Below the pieces are notes generated by a model. It saw only the letters and a program-made list of their open reading frames with translations. It did not search any database and was not told the origin of the DNA. The translations under genes were made by a program, and so were the position numbers. Shown here one piece after another: positions 48,875 through 62,660 of a stretch of 64,000 bases of DNA. The DNA is from Anthoceros angustus (Eukaryota; Plantae; Anthocerotophyta): assembly GCA_010909165.1 (NCBI GenBank), contig VJWM01000249.1, forward strand, positions 171,084 to 235,083, in the 5' to 3' direction. Position 1 is the stretch's first letter. Every line of letters begins with the position of its first letter.

Positions 48875-51800
48875 TGTGTGGGGTGTTTCAGCTTGTTATA
48901 TTTGCAGAAGTCACATGAGAGCTAATTGGGAGAGTGTTTGAATGGTGCACCCTACGCGGAGGAGGTGTAGGGTGGTAGTGGACGTAGGGCATGGCACTCC
49001 TCACTGTAGGGAGGAGGCACCCCACGCGAGTGTGTGTAGGTGAGGTCCTGTTAAGGTAGAAGTGTAGTACGTAGGGTAACAAGGATGACCCTACATAGGT
49101 AGGGGCAGGGTCCCTACATGTATGTATGTGGGTAGGATGCGTGTCCATAGGGGGATGTAGATGGTAGGCGGTGGTGACTGTGGTGGCCCCTACATGGGTA
49201 GGATGTAGGTAGGTGGACGTAGTAGGTCGTTAGGTAGGTAGATGGGTAGGATGAGAGGCCCCATGTAGGGAGGGTGAGGTCTCCTACGTAGGGAGTGGTA
49301 GATAGAGGGAGTGAGAGGTCTCCTCACCGTAGGAGTGGTGAGGTCTCCCACGTGGCAGCGGAAGTGGGTGCGACACCCTACTTGGATACTTGGGAAGCAA
49401 ACTTTCCATATTAGTGTACAAACCTAGGAAGTTAAAAAGGTCAGATATGCAAGGTTGAGGATAAATAGGATATATTAGGAATAATAAACAAAATATGTAT
49501 GTAGTGTAGGTGATAACAAGTAGGGCTACTAGAGGTGTGGAAATAGCCACATGGCAAGGAATCAGGCCTATATCAAGAGACACTACCAAAGGCCATGCTG
49601 GGTGTGTAGGGAGGCACCTAGGAAGCTCGAGGAATCGAGAAGAGCTTGTGCATGCGGAAAGCTAGAGCAAGGACTTGGTGGGAACCTGTGTGTGTGCAAG
49701 GAGAAGGAGGTGTGCGTGCATAAGGAGTTGTGTGTGAAGGGATTTGAAGCACAACTGAAGAGGGCAAGGGCTTGAATTTTGTGCCTAGGACCTTGCAAGT
49801 GAGGGATTTGGGCCATAAGGAGTGTATGTTGTGAGGACATCAAGTTTGAGCTAGGTGGGACCGGAGTGAAGAGGAAGTAAGTGGAAAAGGGCTGAAGTTG
49901 CTCTTTGGTGGATTTTATGTGGCGAGTGAAGAAATTAAATTGTGTGTAGACACCGAGGTGACAACTAGGTGGAAACGAGCATGTGGCCCAAGCTTGTCTT
50001 GTTTGTGCTTATTTTGAAGGTACAAGATGGTGAAAGCGCGCACCTAAGAAGGGCAAGTTGGTTGCTAGAGCTGTGGAAGAGGTACGCAGCTTGAGTGAAG
50101 AGGATGCTGTTGAATGGAGGCGATGTGATAGGCATTCACTATGGTTTGCATTGCAAGTTGCCGGAGCCCAACACATCCGGCTGTATATGGAAGGCCGTAG
50201 AGGATGACTGAGGAGGAAGAGGAAGGCATGGAGCAAGATCCGCCACGGGAGACCTTCTTGTGGAGAGCGTGGAGGCGGTAGGGCCATAAGAAGTGACCCT
50301 ACGTCCGTAGGAGGTGTAGAGGGTGGCCCCTACATCCGTAGGGATCACCAGTGCGACACATCTAGAGGTAATTGAAGGGGTTGGTGGTAGCTTGGAGTGT
50401 GGGCTCATTGCTTGGGGAGACTTTTCTTTAGAGGAGGACAGATTAATGCTTGTCAACCCAAGAGGTGTGTTGACTAGCTAGATAGGAATGTTGACAGAGC
50501 CATTAAGGCTCACATAGGTGAAGTTTGCTAGAATAGAATTTTACCCAAGATGCTTGGATGTCGAACTTAAAGTCCGACACAGGATACACTAGAATAAGGA
50601 GTGAGGCAGGTGAGGGCGCCTGTGGGAGGTCAGATGTGAGGACCTCCCTATAAAAGGAGGGAGCTTGTGAAGTAAAATTATCTGCCTTGCGCCCCAAACT
50701 CGCGAGTCCTTTGCTCCTTGTAGAGGAATTTGCGGCCGCAAGCTAACGTGTCCGGAGAGGGAGTTTTGTGGTCGGAGTGCTTGGCGGAGGGCTCGCCTGC
50801 GGGCGCCCGCAGTTGCTCCTTGTGAATGGTTGCCGTGAAATTGCTTTGCTTTGGGTGTGTGGCGATGCCCAAGGAACTCGGCTTGAGGGTAGACTACATG
50901 TGAAAGACGGAGGTTCTCGCCCTGTGCAAACTCATAGCAACCCCAAGGAAGAACTTGTTGGTAGCACTCCTGTGCAGCCAGCTGTAAGGGGCTAGCCAGT
51001 GAGCTTGAAGTAAGGTTAGATTAGGAGGATGAGGAGTTGAGTTGAGGTGAGTGTTGAGGAGAATGTGGAGCTGAATGTTGAGTAGAGGAGTAGGTAGAGA
51101 TTAGAGTAAGAAGAAGGCCCAAGTCGAGCCTAAGGGAGGGGTCCCAAATCGCACCAAACCGAGACCGGAAGCCGGGCTAAGGTCTCAAAATCACGGGTGG
51201 AGAAGGTCACTGCTACCGTAGGGGGGTCCCTGTGCGAGGCGTGGACCTACCAGAGGGTGGGACCCACGACCGTAGGATGTCGCTGTAGGTCCGTGGAGCG
51301 AGATCTAAGCAAAGTGGAGGTGTCGGGCCGCCAGGTGGAGTTTTGTGGGCGCCAGTTGTAGTTGGAGCGCAGGCCCGGAAGTTGGAGAGGCCTTGAACTA
51401 GGGCGAGGTAATTTATGTCACCAGTGCGACTACCGGTGGTAGGACTGCGTGCGTGGGATAGTGTCTCTCCTCACGTAGGAATGAGGGTGCCGCCACCAAA
51501 GGCAATCGATCTCCTACAACTCTCTACAAGTGGTAGGAGGGGTAGGCCCTACATTGTTTGTTGTTGGTTGTAGGTCCCGAGGCGGCGATGAGCAAGGCGG
51601 AGCGTGGGCCGCCGAGTTGGTGGTTGAGGATGCCAATTGTGGGAAGGCGGGAAAGGAATAGTGGAAGATCACGGGTGGTGAAGTCGCTGCAACGAGGGGG
51701 GTCCCACGCATGTAGCTCAATTACCGCCGTGGGGTGTGGACCCATAGTCGAGGGTGTTGTTGTAGGTCCAAGCGGTGATTGACTGAGCAGCACGTGAGGC

Positions 51801-51980
51801 GTGGTCACTGTGAGTTGAGTTGCTCCCACCGTGTGAGGGAGTGTGAAGAGGTGTGTGGTTTGTGCCTTGATGTGACCGACAAACAAGAGTCTCAAGTGGG
51901 ACGAAACCTATTGTACTTAGCGATGGGATAAGTGTGGCCACCAGGATGAATCTTCTAAGCCCCGGTTTTCCTCCCACACC
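48875..51980 (+). mobile_element. Probable solo LTR or LTR-like insertion within the Copia 3' region
   Basis: Ends TGTGTGGGG...CCCACAC, with GTAGG-rich repeats and a TATA-like CTATAAAAGGAGG at ~50648. It has no coding motifs and no matching TSD was found. Confidence 0.45.
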
Positions 51981-52348
51981 AAAGATCACCTTCCACCAAA
52001 GCTTGAGGCGTTGTTTTAGAGCCCCTTGCATGCGCAAAGCGCTCAAGGTATCCTCACATAGCGGCGAGCCGCCTCAATCCTACATCTACATCTTGGTCGT
52101 GCCTCCAAATGCTTCTTTCAAAATGATGCTAAGAGTGAACAAGCAGAATGAGTATCTATACACCGGGTTTCAAGAGGTTTCTCTTGGGCACGCCTCCAAC
52201 AAGCACGTACTATGGAGTTTTGGGGCGAGAGCAGGAGGAGACCAAGCACTCGCAATTCATGGTCGGAGTCTCACCGTGGTTCTCGCGAAGGACCGGAGAC
52301 AACATGAAGGTGATCTGAATTCATTCCCATATCATCAACAAGTGGGAG

Positions 52349-52588
52349 TGTTAAGGGATAGTGTTGATTATATCTCTTAACTAAAGGTGCATATAGTGAC
52401 ATATAGGGGTACAATAATAATTATAAGTGCACCGTTAGGGTTGTGACTTATGGTGAACCGTTATATGGCGTTTAAGTTTAGAATAATAGTGTCTTTTCAG
52501 CATAAGCATTTAAGTCTTTCTTGATACACAATGATCTATCTATGTAATTGAACAATTTTTATTTGATATAAAACAAGTCTATTTGTTA
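52349..52588 (+). repeat. Copia 3' LTR
   Basis: Direct repeat of 28063-28308, followed by TSD CATCC. Confidence 0.95.
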
Positions 52589-55500
52589 CATCCAAGGAGG
52601 GCAAAGTGCAGTTTGGGCAGCGCCAACTCCCTCTTCGAACTGAGGCGCTTTCACTTCACAAGAGACTGAGGTTGGAGCGTAAGAGGAAGGAGGGAGGGAG
52701 GAGGAGGAGCTACCGCCATCCACACCACCGCTACGAAAAGGTGCATGTGCCACAGTCGTGAACCTGGACAAAGCAAGACCGATGAAACAATGATGCTGAC
52801 TGAGTGGCATCCCATTTGGCATAAGCCACTTGATTTGGATGCAGAAGTGCATGTGATGGCATGTGCATTGCCCATGGATGGCATGCACATGGTATGTATG
52901 CATGACGGATGGGTGACATGTAATGTATGTGGACATGTTGACGGACGATGTGTCATGGCGCATGCAATCTATATACATGGTTATGTATGTAAGGCGCGGT
53001 GGCATGACGCATATAGCAAATGACCTATATTGGAAAATACATAAAATCAGAATCAAGGAAAAGGCGACGAGATAAGCAAACTTAAGGAACTCAGGAGAAA
53101 ACAAAACCAACACAAAGGTAAGAGTAACGACACAACCAAAAAGATCGCAGTTACTACAATGGATGTATAACATGTGGAAATCAATGGTGAGGCTTGAACG
53201 CCCTAAACGGAAGACACAACCAAACAAACAACGATCGCATCGCTTATTATTAGTATACATTCTAAGTCCGGATCTTTTCAAGCAAAACCCCTGCATCAAA
53301 ACATACGGAGGTGAGAAACCGAAAGAAAGATAAGGAAACTCACAGGAAGATGCATAACACCTTCCGAGGACAATCAAGCCAAATGTTAACCAAACAAATA
53401 ATGTAAACCTTCACACCGACAAAGAACATACATAAAACTCTATGTTCTACGATGGATAACACAAGGCGCATAATCAAACAAAAATAGGAGATAAAATGAA
53501 AATAGGAGAAAAGACACGTAAAACTACGGTGAAAATCGATCTTCACACATAGAAGTGCTTTAACCTGCAACCTTATCGTGCATAATAGACCTGAACACAC
53601 ATAAACAACTGCTTGAAGTAAGGTCACCAAGGGCCCTGGAGCGGAAAAAGAGGCATGCACAAAACAAAACCCGAACACCAACAACAACCGCCATGAAATG
53701 CAACAATAGAACAAACAAACACTAAACCTCGACAAGAGAAGAGCGATACATAAGAGTAGTAGTAAAAGAGCGGAGAAAAGCGCGACAAAAAGACCAAGAT
53801 TTTAAAAACAAACATGCACATTTGTCGAGCAAACCTTGGCCGAAAGCGAATAACCTGGCCTTTTAACAACCTTGGCCTTCAAGGCGATAACCTAGGCTTT
53901 CGAAGTAACAACTTCACACAACAAGAAATTTGCTTCAAACTACTTCAAAACTGGACAGCACCTCCTCTGCCTCTTTGTTGTAAGCCATGGGGGGAGATTA
54001 TGAATCAAAAGAAGCATTGTGCCGATGGAATAGGAAGCAATGATTCTGGACATGGAAACCTTGGGCTATAAAACAAAAGTAGCCATGTGAAAGACTTCAC
54101 GAAGCTACTCCAAGAAAAGACAATACCATTCGAAGAAAGAGTTTAAATAGCATACAAATCCCTAACTCTTCTCCTCCTTGCCGCCATTCTCTCTCTCTAC
54201 TGCATCTTGTTTGAATTTATCAACCTAGAATTCCAAACCTACCTAACCGCGATTGGTTCGCCGTCAATGTGCCGCCAAACCTAAATTACACTTACCAAAC
54301 CCAGCTCCTCGACCACACCAAACCTAACTCAACCTCCTAACGACGGGCGAAGACCTAAGTTAAGCCGCCGATCAATCAATCAAACAGCACGAGGTCACCC
54401 CGCAAGAAACTTCTTAACCCTAACCCGTTGTTATTTAAAGCATATCGTCATTACGACCCATCGCGCACCCCGCCCAACCTTCCGCCGCCGCCTGCCGCGC
54501 CTTTGGCTCCACCGGCCACGGCACCGCCACGCCCATCTTCCAACGGGTGACGGCACCGGCCACGCTCCAACTTCCTCTCTCGCCAACTTCGTCGCCATCT
54601 CTTTGCTCCAACTGCGATCGCATCTCGCCGCACGCCCATCGACTCCATCCGCTCCGTCACCTGGCCGACACCGCCTTGGCGATCCACAGCCTCGGCTCTT
54701 TCTCGCAAGGCTGTAGTTTCTCCCGAGGTTGTCGGGCCTGGGTGGGGCGTTCCTTCCACACCCCATGTGAGTGCAGCTACATGCCCTTTTGCATCTTCCA
54801 GCTCACCATATTTCGCAGATTGGTTCTTTGAAAAAAAGCCAAGACGAGCATGGCGCTTCGATGGCGCAGGATCACACCAGTAAACTTTGACGCTTCGACG
54901 GTGTGGCGCTCTAGCCATCTCGTTGAAGCGAGCGGTAAGCCAAAGTACCACTACCGCCAGAAGAGAGATCACCGGGAAGAATGAAGCATCATTACCCATG
55001 CGCAAATCGGACGCCCATCAAGACATCGGTGGCACTTGGTATGGTGTCTCATAAGATGGACAAGGTATGTGTTTATGCCTCATCCTCATCCATATAGCCT
55101 GCTGGCGGTCGCGCCAAGGTGTCAGGATCCAGCCCTTCCGCAATCGGGCAGCCGGAGGTCGCGGTCCCGAGGGGGAGTAGCCAGCTCGCTCGGGCTCGGG
55201 CGCCACGCCCTGTGAGGCCTTCGCTGGAGCTCGTGGTGGCGGAGAGCGCCGGGAGGTTCTCCTCGAGGATGAGGTGACCGCGTATGGGAAATAAAACTGT
55301 GATTCGAGGTGGACATGGAGAAGTTCTCACTCCCCGCGGAGGTTTCGAACGCGCTGTTCCAGCTCCCGAGGTGGCCACCACGCCCGACAAGCATCCGGGG
55401 AGACCCTGATGTGCATTCAACTTCGGGGCCACCATCGGAAAGTGGTTCGCCGTGACACGAACGCCTACACTCATGAATTGATGCGTAGATGTCTCGGATC

Positions 55501-56682
55501 CGTAGATGTGCCCGCATCCTTCGAGATGGTGTTTACGCCGACCGCCATCTCGCCCGCGGCGACTTGTGTCGCCGTGTTTTATTTCCGGAATCGGATTTGC
55601 GCTAAGCATTATGCCACGTTGGCCGCTACCAGCCGCTTCGTAAGTCTTCAAGGTTAGCTGCAAAAGGGCAAGGGTGAAGGCATGCAGGAGGAGATGAGGC
55701 GAAGGATCAAATAGCGTTGTTGCCGCCCAACTGTTGGTTGCCTAGTATGGGTTCCTTTGTCGACACCGGGCGGGTGCATCCGAGGAACGCCTTCATCGGG
55801 CAGGTCTGTACTCGATGAGTTTTGAGCTTGGCTCTTGTTTTGTCTTTCCGCATGTCTCTGAGATTTGTTGATGCAGGGAACTCTAGCTGTGAGGAGACGA
55901 GCTGCTAGATGCACTCGCAGAAAATGCAAATACTCGTCACAACGTATCGTCAAGCAGCTGATTTCAGTGAGCGGACGCCATAATGTTTGCAACTTGGGTC
56001 TTCAAGAGGGTGCGGCAAGAGGGCATGTCGAGAATCGTTTCTCCGGCGTAGTGAAAGTGATGTAACAGATTCACCGAAGCACCGTTCCAGCACTCAAGGC
56101 ACCAGAGGCCAGCCTTCGCCACCCGCAGCACAACATTCATGACTCAAGCTTGCATGAGGTTCATGATATCCTCGAACTCCACCGCCCCGCCCGACCCGGT
56201 CGCAGGCTTTGTCAATGCGGATTCGTGTCATGAGCTGAAAAATGCGCATGGGATCGAGCCTGCCTTGAAGTTGCGTGCGCCTCATTTTCCGATCTCGTGG
56301 TGTTTGAAATTGCAGTGAGCAAGCTTTTACCGGTGTGCAAGTTGTGAGCGAGTCGCAGGTGTTGTGCAATTGGCGATCTCACAATCGCTGCTTCCCATCC
56401 CGATTGCGAAGCCTCAAAGTGGAACATAATGTTCGTGAAATTGTTACCGATACAAACTATTGTTCCTTGCATGCATCCGACATTGCCAGCAGGCTGCTGC
56501 TGTGTCCTCGCCAAGCATGAATCAGCAAGGGATCTTCCTCGGGGCGCCTGGTCAAGATGACTTGTCAGTGAACTGTGAGCGGCCGCCGGCATACTTTGCC
56601 GCTGGAAAGGATAAATCTGATATGACGGAGGTGTTGTACATGTGATGGCTGCCTCCAGATGGACTGATCATGTTGCTGCCTC

Positions 56683-56761
56683 TGTTTGTTGATCCTTGTG
56701 TTACGAACCTGTGCATGGAGATTCTTGTGTTTGTTGATCCTTGTGTGAAGAACCTGTGCAT
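56683..56761. repeat. 45-bp-period tandem duplication
   Basis: TGTTTGTTGATCCTTGTGT..GAACCTGTGCAT occurs twice. Confidence 0.8.
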
Positions 56762-57339
56762 AGGCGGGTCGCGGGCCGCCGGTCGATGAAGTTTGCAGAT
56801 AAACCGCCAAATGATTTCCAAATGACACTTACTATGAAGTGTGAAAGTAAAAAAAACAATATACTATATTTCATCCAAAGAGAGAGAAAAGATAGTTATA
56901 AGTCAAAGTGCTGCAGGCGATAACTCTGTACTTTCACAGCCCTGCCATCTCTGGCCCAGCCGCAATGATCGCTGGCCCAGCCTACCCTCACGCCAGAAAT
57001 GACTGGGCGCACGCTGAACGGTCTCGCCTAAACGGCTCGACTGCTCACCGCGCCTCCCCCGCTCTAATACATGGCCTTGGCCCCTTCTTCATCCACCGAC
57101 CCGCCCAAGGAGCTCCTATGGTGGATGGCTCATACATGATTGTGCCTCAATCCGCTTGGCTCTCGAGAAATCTTCCACAAAAATTGAGGAAGTTGAGAAA
57201 TAAGAGGTCCGCTGATAGTTCACCAACCCCAACACAATTTTAGCAAAGAGCCTCACCTCCTGATGCCTGGTCTGCTTCCAGCCATTCTCAAGGCCTCACG
57301 CCCATCATGTCTAGGACTCGCCAATCTCTGAGAGGGCAA

Positions 57340-60300
57340 TCCTCTTCCCTCCATTTGTCCTCTCAGCATACTTAAGGTAATCTTTGAAGTAGACAAAGCA
57401 CTCACCTTTTTGTTTTAAAATGTAGGTGATAACAAACCTGGTCTTATCATCTGTAAACGTCAGGAAGTATCTACCACCACCTATGGATTCCTGAGAGGGA
57501 GGTCCACATAGATCTGTATGGATGAGCTCTAAGACCTCAGAATCCCTATGTGGTGCCTTGTTCTTAAAGGCTACTTGATGTCTCTTTGATAGGACACAAG
57601 ATCACACAAGGGTAGTGGTGCCAACGGCCCTATGTGCCCATCCTGGTAAAGATCACTTACAGCAAGTTTATGTAATTTAGCTGAGTGAGGGTGACCTAGT
57701 CTTGCATGCCACAACTTAGACTTTTCTACTTGTTGTGCACACACAGTGGTCGTATCCTGTGTCAAGTTAGAAGTTGGAACACCACTGTGTACATGAAGGC
57801 GAAACAAGTCATGATCTGAGGACCCATAGGCAAGTATTTTACTGTGATTAAATGCATCCAGCACTTGACATTCTACTTGAGTGAATAGGATGTGAAAGTG
57901 ATTGTCAACATTCAGCTTTTTGACTGAAATCAAATTTCTAGTCATGTATGGCATATAATAGATATCGTGCAATGTTAACACAATGCCCGAGTAGGGATCG
58001 GTGTGTCTATCGCATCACCACCGTGAGAAACTAGGATTTATCATCACCTAGGTATACGACCGATCCTTAACCGATTTGTATGCCTGAATGATCCTCCTCA
58101 CAAGCAAGTATGAGTCGAAAGCACCTATATCCGGCACCGCACCACATGACAGTCTAACATCTAAATTTGTCGACAAAAGGTGTGAAACAAGAATGAACTT
58201 GTTGCAAACATCAAGACCCACTGTGGAGGGCGTAAGGGTAGGTTGTTTCTTCACAACCACGTGAGTCTCAGCGCTAGATGAACCCTCCTTACGAGGGACA
58301 CTTGCTTGCTTTTTTCTGCACTCACGTTCCCAATGACCAGGTAACTTGCACCCGCCTGCAGCCTCGCCCTTTTGGTTTCTTCCGTTGGCTCGTCCTGTGA
58401 GCCACCGCCCAAAGTAAATCGCCCCCACCTCTGCTAAGGTCTTCCTCCTCCACGTCCTCTGTTAGATGTGTAGAGGGCTAGCTGTTTACCAGAACGTCTG
58501 CTGGAAAGTCTTGTTGCTTCTTCTCGCAGCAACGCTCCCACTAACTGTGCAAAGGTGGTTTCTGGAAGTGAAAAATTTGAAGCCTTTGCAAGTTTTTCAG
58601 TTTGGAGCTTCGAAGCGTTATAGGAAGTCACAAAATGTGACCATGATTCTGGGAGGGATAGTAGGAAATACAGAGTGAGTATCTCATCCTTTAAAGTCTC
58701 GTTGGATGCACTCTCCAACTTAGAGACAAGAGTTCTGAAGTGACCCGGGTGTTTCTCTACTGATTCTCCATCTTTCATCTTGCAAAGCTGCAAATTTCGC
58801 AAAGTTGTCAACTGACTTGTTTGGTTGCTGCCTGCATATAGGTCCTAGAATCTAGACCAGATCTCTGCTGAAGTTGCACATCCCGATGTCTATCTTAGCA
58901 TTTCTGAGGTAAGACCACTCGGATGAGGTACATGGCAGCTTCATCCTTAGCATCCCATACTTCCTTGTAATTTCTTTTCAGCAGCTGTGGGAGGAGCAGT
59001 TGTTGCTGGGTACTTGTCATCCCCATTAGCAACCTTCCGTAGCTGCTCGCAAAAGCTCCCTCGACCTCGACACCCATATATCGTATCCCGCCTCACCAAC
59101 TGTTTTCTTTAAACCCTTCCCACCATGTCAAGTTGAGGCATCAACCATTTTCCTTTTGTATCCCGGGTTAGCTACTCCCCAAAATACTAAGATGCTAAAA
59201 TGACCGATGTGGTGGTTAGTTTTTCAGACATGTTACTAATGCAGCTAAGTGGTGAATATTTAGATTACAGCCTATCACCATGTACGTATGCCTACGCCTG
59301 CTTGAATTTATTTGCTATTTTCTCGTTTCTAATCTCCCACTTATTAAATGCATATATAGAGCAAGAGGGACACGAATTTGGAGCATCAAACATATGTTTC
59401 TTACTTGTTTCTTAGTTACATGTGCTACTCCCCTAAGCGTTAGGTTAAGCAAGGCTGTTTCAACAATAAGAAGTTTGAACCAGTGCCCTATCTACTCTTG
59501 CAAATCTCTTACATCTACACTAGTTGCAATTTCCGCAAAATGGCGTCGCTAAAAGTGTATCAACGCACATGATGTGCTCAATTCTATTTACTAATTGAGC
59601 TACACTCGTGGGAGGTGCAACATGTGTTGTTAGGAAGCCTCTGTGATAACCATTCCCATCAAAGGCTCTCTGAACACGCAACTCTGGGAGATTATCATGA
59701 TTTCGTAATGGAGGAACAAATACCAAGTGGCGCTGATCTGGATAAAGGGCTTCAATCAAGGTGTGTGTTGAAGGATTCCCTTACTTCAAGAACAAGCACA
59801 GGCTGGTTTAGAGTCCTAGCAATCCACTCTATTATTTGTTGATGGAGTTGCTCTGCAATTGTGTTCCATACATCGCTAGCCCTTGCCTCAAGTATTCTGG
59901 TATTGTGGAATTCACCGCCAGAAGTTATATCGCCATCGTACCCATCCAGTCGGTTGGCCATTCATTAGGCCAGATTTTGTGTTGTTAGAAGTTTTCTTTA
60001 AACATTCCACTTTCTATAGCAACATTTCTTACAATCTACCTTATGCATTAGATAGTTGTCTGAAGCATTTCTTCTCAACTTGCTAGGACATCAATTCAGA
60101 AAGATGCGCCTGGATCACTCCTTAAATTTTGAATTGTATGAAAATCTATAGTAAATAAACAACACAAAAATACAATTTCTTTCGCTTTTTGGCTTCGATC
60201 AAGAAAACATTTTTCTAAATCAAGAACAACAAAAACAGCATCTTTTTCAATGCATTTTCACAATGTGCATTCTAATGAATGTAACTTGCATCGAAAGTAT
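57340..60300 (-). mobile_element. Truncated Copia (same family): leader, extra 5' ORF, gag and N-terminal integrase
   Basis: LRNLQLCKMKDGESVEK..KLESASNE (matches the gag at 44149); LWHARLGHPHS; LELIHTDLCGP..GGRYFLTFTDDKTR. RT is absent. Confidence 0.88.
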
Positions 60301-60301
60301 G

Positions 60302-60512
60302 TGTTGGAATCATGATTAGGATTTAGCAATTATATTAGTTTAAGCCCATACCACAAGTAGCATTTCATTAGGGTTACGTCGTTATGAAAAGGCATGTCTG
60401 TTCATTCGTTACTTAAGTTGCTTTATGTTTTGGCTTGTGTGTGTGTTCTTTTAGAAACAATACAATGTAATTACTTTCTTTTATAATTGATCTGCATCTC
60501 CTAAATTTGAAA
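60302..60512 (+). mobile_element. Copia-family LTR followed by a degenerate PBS (TGGTATGATGC)
   Basis: The TGTTGGAATCATGATTAGG start and the TTAGGGTTACGTC and TAATTGATC motifs are shared with the 21790 LTR. Confidence 0.6.
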
Positions 60513-61898
60513 TGGTATGATGCAGAGGAGTTTGGGCGGCTTGAAGAATATCCTGTCAGAATCGGATAATACTGATAGTAGGCACTCGCAAGATTCCATT
60601 CTTTGTGTCCAATCTTGTTTGATCGTGTGCTTCTCGTGACTTATTATATATAGCTTTTGTTTTGTTTGTATGCCGTAGTTTGTCGTTAGCTTTGTTTGGT
60701 GCTTGCTTGCTACTGCATGTCTCATGAAAGGTGAGAGTGTGGGGGCTTGAATAAGATCCTCAAGAAACGTGAAAATTTCACGCGTAGGCAATCGAAACCT
60801 CAAAGCGGTTTCTTTTGTTGGTTTTTTGTATATCCCGGATTCGCATGAATCGATTTAATTGAATATGTTTTACCGCTAGATATAGCGATTTTGGCTGGAT
60901 TAGAATCGGCTCATCTTGATGTACCCTGCATTCACTGTTGCTATTTTTTTTCTACCCATCAAGCATGGTTTCAACATAGATGGTGGATTATTTTCACCCT
61001 ACATGGCATTGTTTTTCTACTCTCTGTAATAAATTTTACTGAATTCAAGAAAAGACCAATAGGTCAATTCTCCAAAATTCCACCTGCTTCGAAAAAATCA
61101 ACGAGCGCTGCCGAGGCCCCGACGAGGCCGCCGACTTTTTGGCCACCTCAGCACCTATTTGGTGCATTTGTGGGAAACCGAGGGACTTCCTCACAAGCAA
61201 GGAGCTTGAAGATGCTGGCATCCTTCTGAGATAATCCACCTCACCCCATTTTAGAGCCGCCTTGCCTCGCAAGGAAGATAATCCACCTCCACAAGCACAC
61301 CAGACCAAGGGCTGGAGGGAAGTAGAGGCAACCAGGCTGCCGGCGGGAGGCCTTTCCACAAGAGCAAGGGAAGGAGAGGAGAGATCCGGCCGAGGAAGGC
61401 CGGATGGTGCCATGAGAGGAGGATCACCACAGTGGAGGGTGACAACCCCAAGGGTGGGAGGAGTCCCCACCATTCGTGGGTGCCTAGGAAGAGGCACCCC
61501 AAGAAAGATACCCCTAGGGAGGCACCATTCTGGCAGGCATCACCAGGAGAAATGCACCACCAGAGAGGCATCACTGAGAATGCCTCACCGCTGGGGTGTG
61601 CACTACGCCAGAGGCGCAGCCCTACGGTGGTAGGGGAAGGGAAGGAGAGGCGCCATGGGCGGGCGCGCCGCCTCACCCCCGAGGAGGAAGAGCATACATG
61701 GGGCGACCGTGAGGGGACCACGCCGCCATGGCCCAGAAGGAGAGGAGCTGGAGATTTCAGCAAGAAGCCAGGCAAAGCACTTTGGGCCCCTAGATTTGGT
61801 GAGTGCTTCTGTGAAGCACCTACCGTAGATTTGAAGGGGCTAGGAATTACCACCCCCATGGGCATGCTAGAGGAAGTCCGCGGAATAAGGCCCAAGAG

Positions 61899-62660
61899 AT
61901 GACAGAGCTGAGAGCGGTGGACTATGGCAAATCGGAAGCCATGGAGTCCGGCGAAAAGGCAGCCAAGTTGAGAAGGTCAGGAGAAGCTCCAAATGATCTT
62001 ATAGACCAAGGGCGGAAAAAGGTCTTGGAGGGAAGGTTGGCTCAAACGGAGGAGAGAGTCAGTCCCGCAACCACCCAAAAGACTCATGGAGATATGGAAG
62101 AGCATTTTGCCCAATTAGAGCAAGAGTGGAAGGGCAAAACAGAGGCTCTAGGAAGGGAGAAGGTGGCGGTCCAGCAAATGGACGCACAGGAGCAGGTGAT
62201 GGCTACCCAAGCCATCAAAATCCGGGACATAGAGGAGGAATTGAGACGAACCCGGTACAACCTGGAGGAGAAACACGTGGAGCTGGAAACTCAAGGCCAG
62301 CAATTGCAGGAGCTGGAGCGCGAGAAGAATGCTTGGCGAGCTGAGCGGGAAGGGCTTGCTCAGCAGCTAGGGGACTTGGAGAGGAAGAAGTCTCATGAGG
62401 AGGAGCACCACAAGAAGGTGGTGCACAGGATGCTAGTGGTAAGGAAGAGATTTTGGGCAGATTATGCCCTTCAGGCAAAGATGGCCAACCAGCTGAGAGA
62501 AGTAAGGGAGGAGAACGTAACCCTCCATGTGAAGGTGGGGGAATTGACCACCGCGAGAAATGCCTACAAGAGTAGGTGTGAGGATGGAGAGTGGCCCACT
62601 GAGATTGATGATCTCCAAATGCAGTATCATAGCTTGGGGCTCACCTCCAACAGATTTTGA
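61899..62660 (+). CDS. 253-aa coiled-coil ORF, probably retroelement-borne
   Basis: An E/Q/K/R-rich heptad ORF without introns, in a repeat-like purine-rich context with a TATA-like CCTATAAGAGG downstream (~63825). Confidence 0.4.
   Translation: MTELRAVDYGKSEAMESGEKAAKLRRSGEAPNDLIDQGRKKVLEGRLAQTEERVSPATTQKTHGDMEEHFAQLEQEWKGKTEALGREKVAVQQMDAQEQVMATQAIKIRDIEEELRRTRYNLEEKHVELETQGQQLQELEREKNAWRAEREGLAQQLGDLERKKSHEEEHHKKVVHRMLVVRKRFWADYALQAKMANQLREVREENVTLHVKVGELTTARNAYKSRCEDGEWPTEIDDLQMQYHSLGLTSNRF

Larger units (their letters stand above)
28063..52588 (+). mobile_element. Full-length Ty1/Copia LTR retrotransposon (degenerate) carrying nested insertions
   Basis: Near-identical LTRs at 28063-28308 and 52349-52588, TSD CATCC on both sides, PBS TGGTATGAGAGC at 28309, PPT AGTGGGAG at 52341, and gag-pol at 43846-47930. 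Confidence 0.95.

Noticed and set aside
52586-53869. Hydrophobic minus-strand ORFs (263 aa, 131 aa, 81 aa)
   Set aside because: Produced by A/C-rich low-complexity repeat sequence. F/V/C-rich with no motifs.
54430-57243. Several 80-200 aa ORFs in a GC-rich stretch
   Set aside because: I could not recognise any domain or consistent splice structure, so they are left unassigned.
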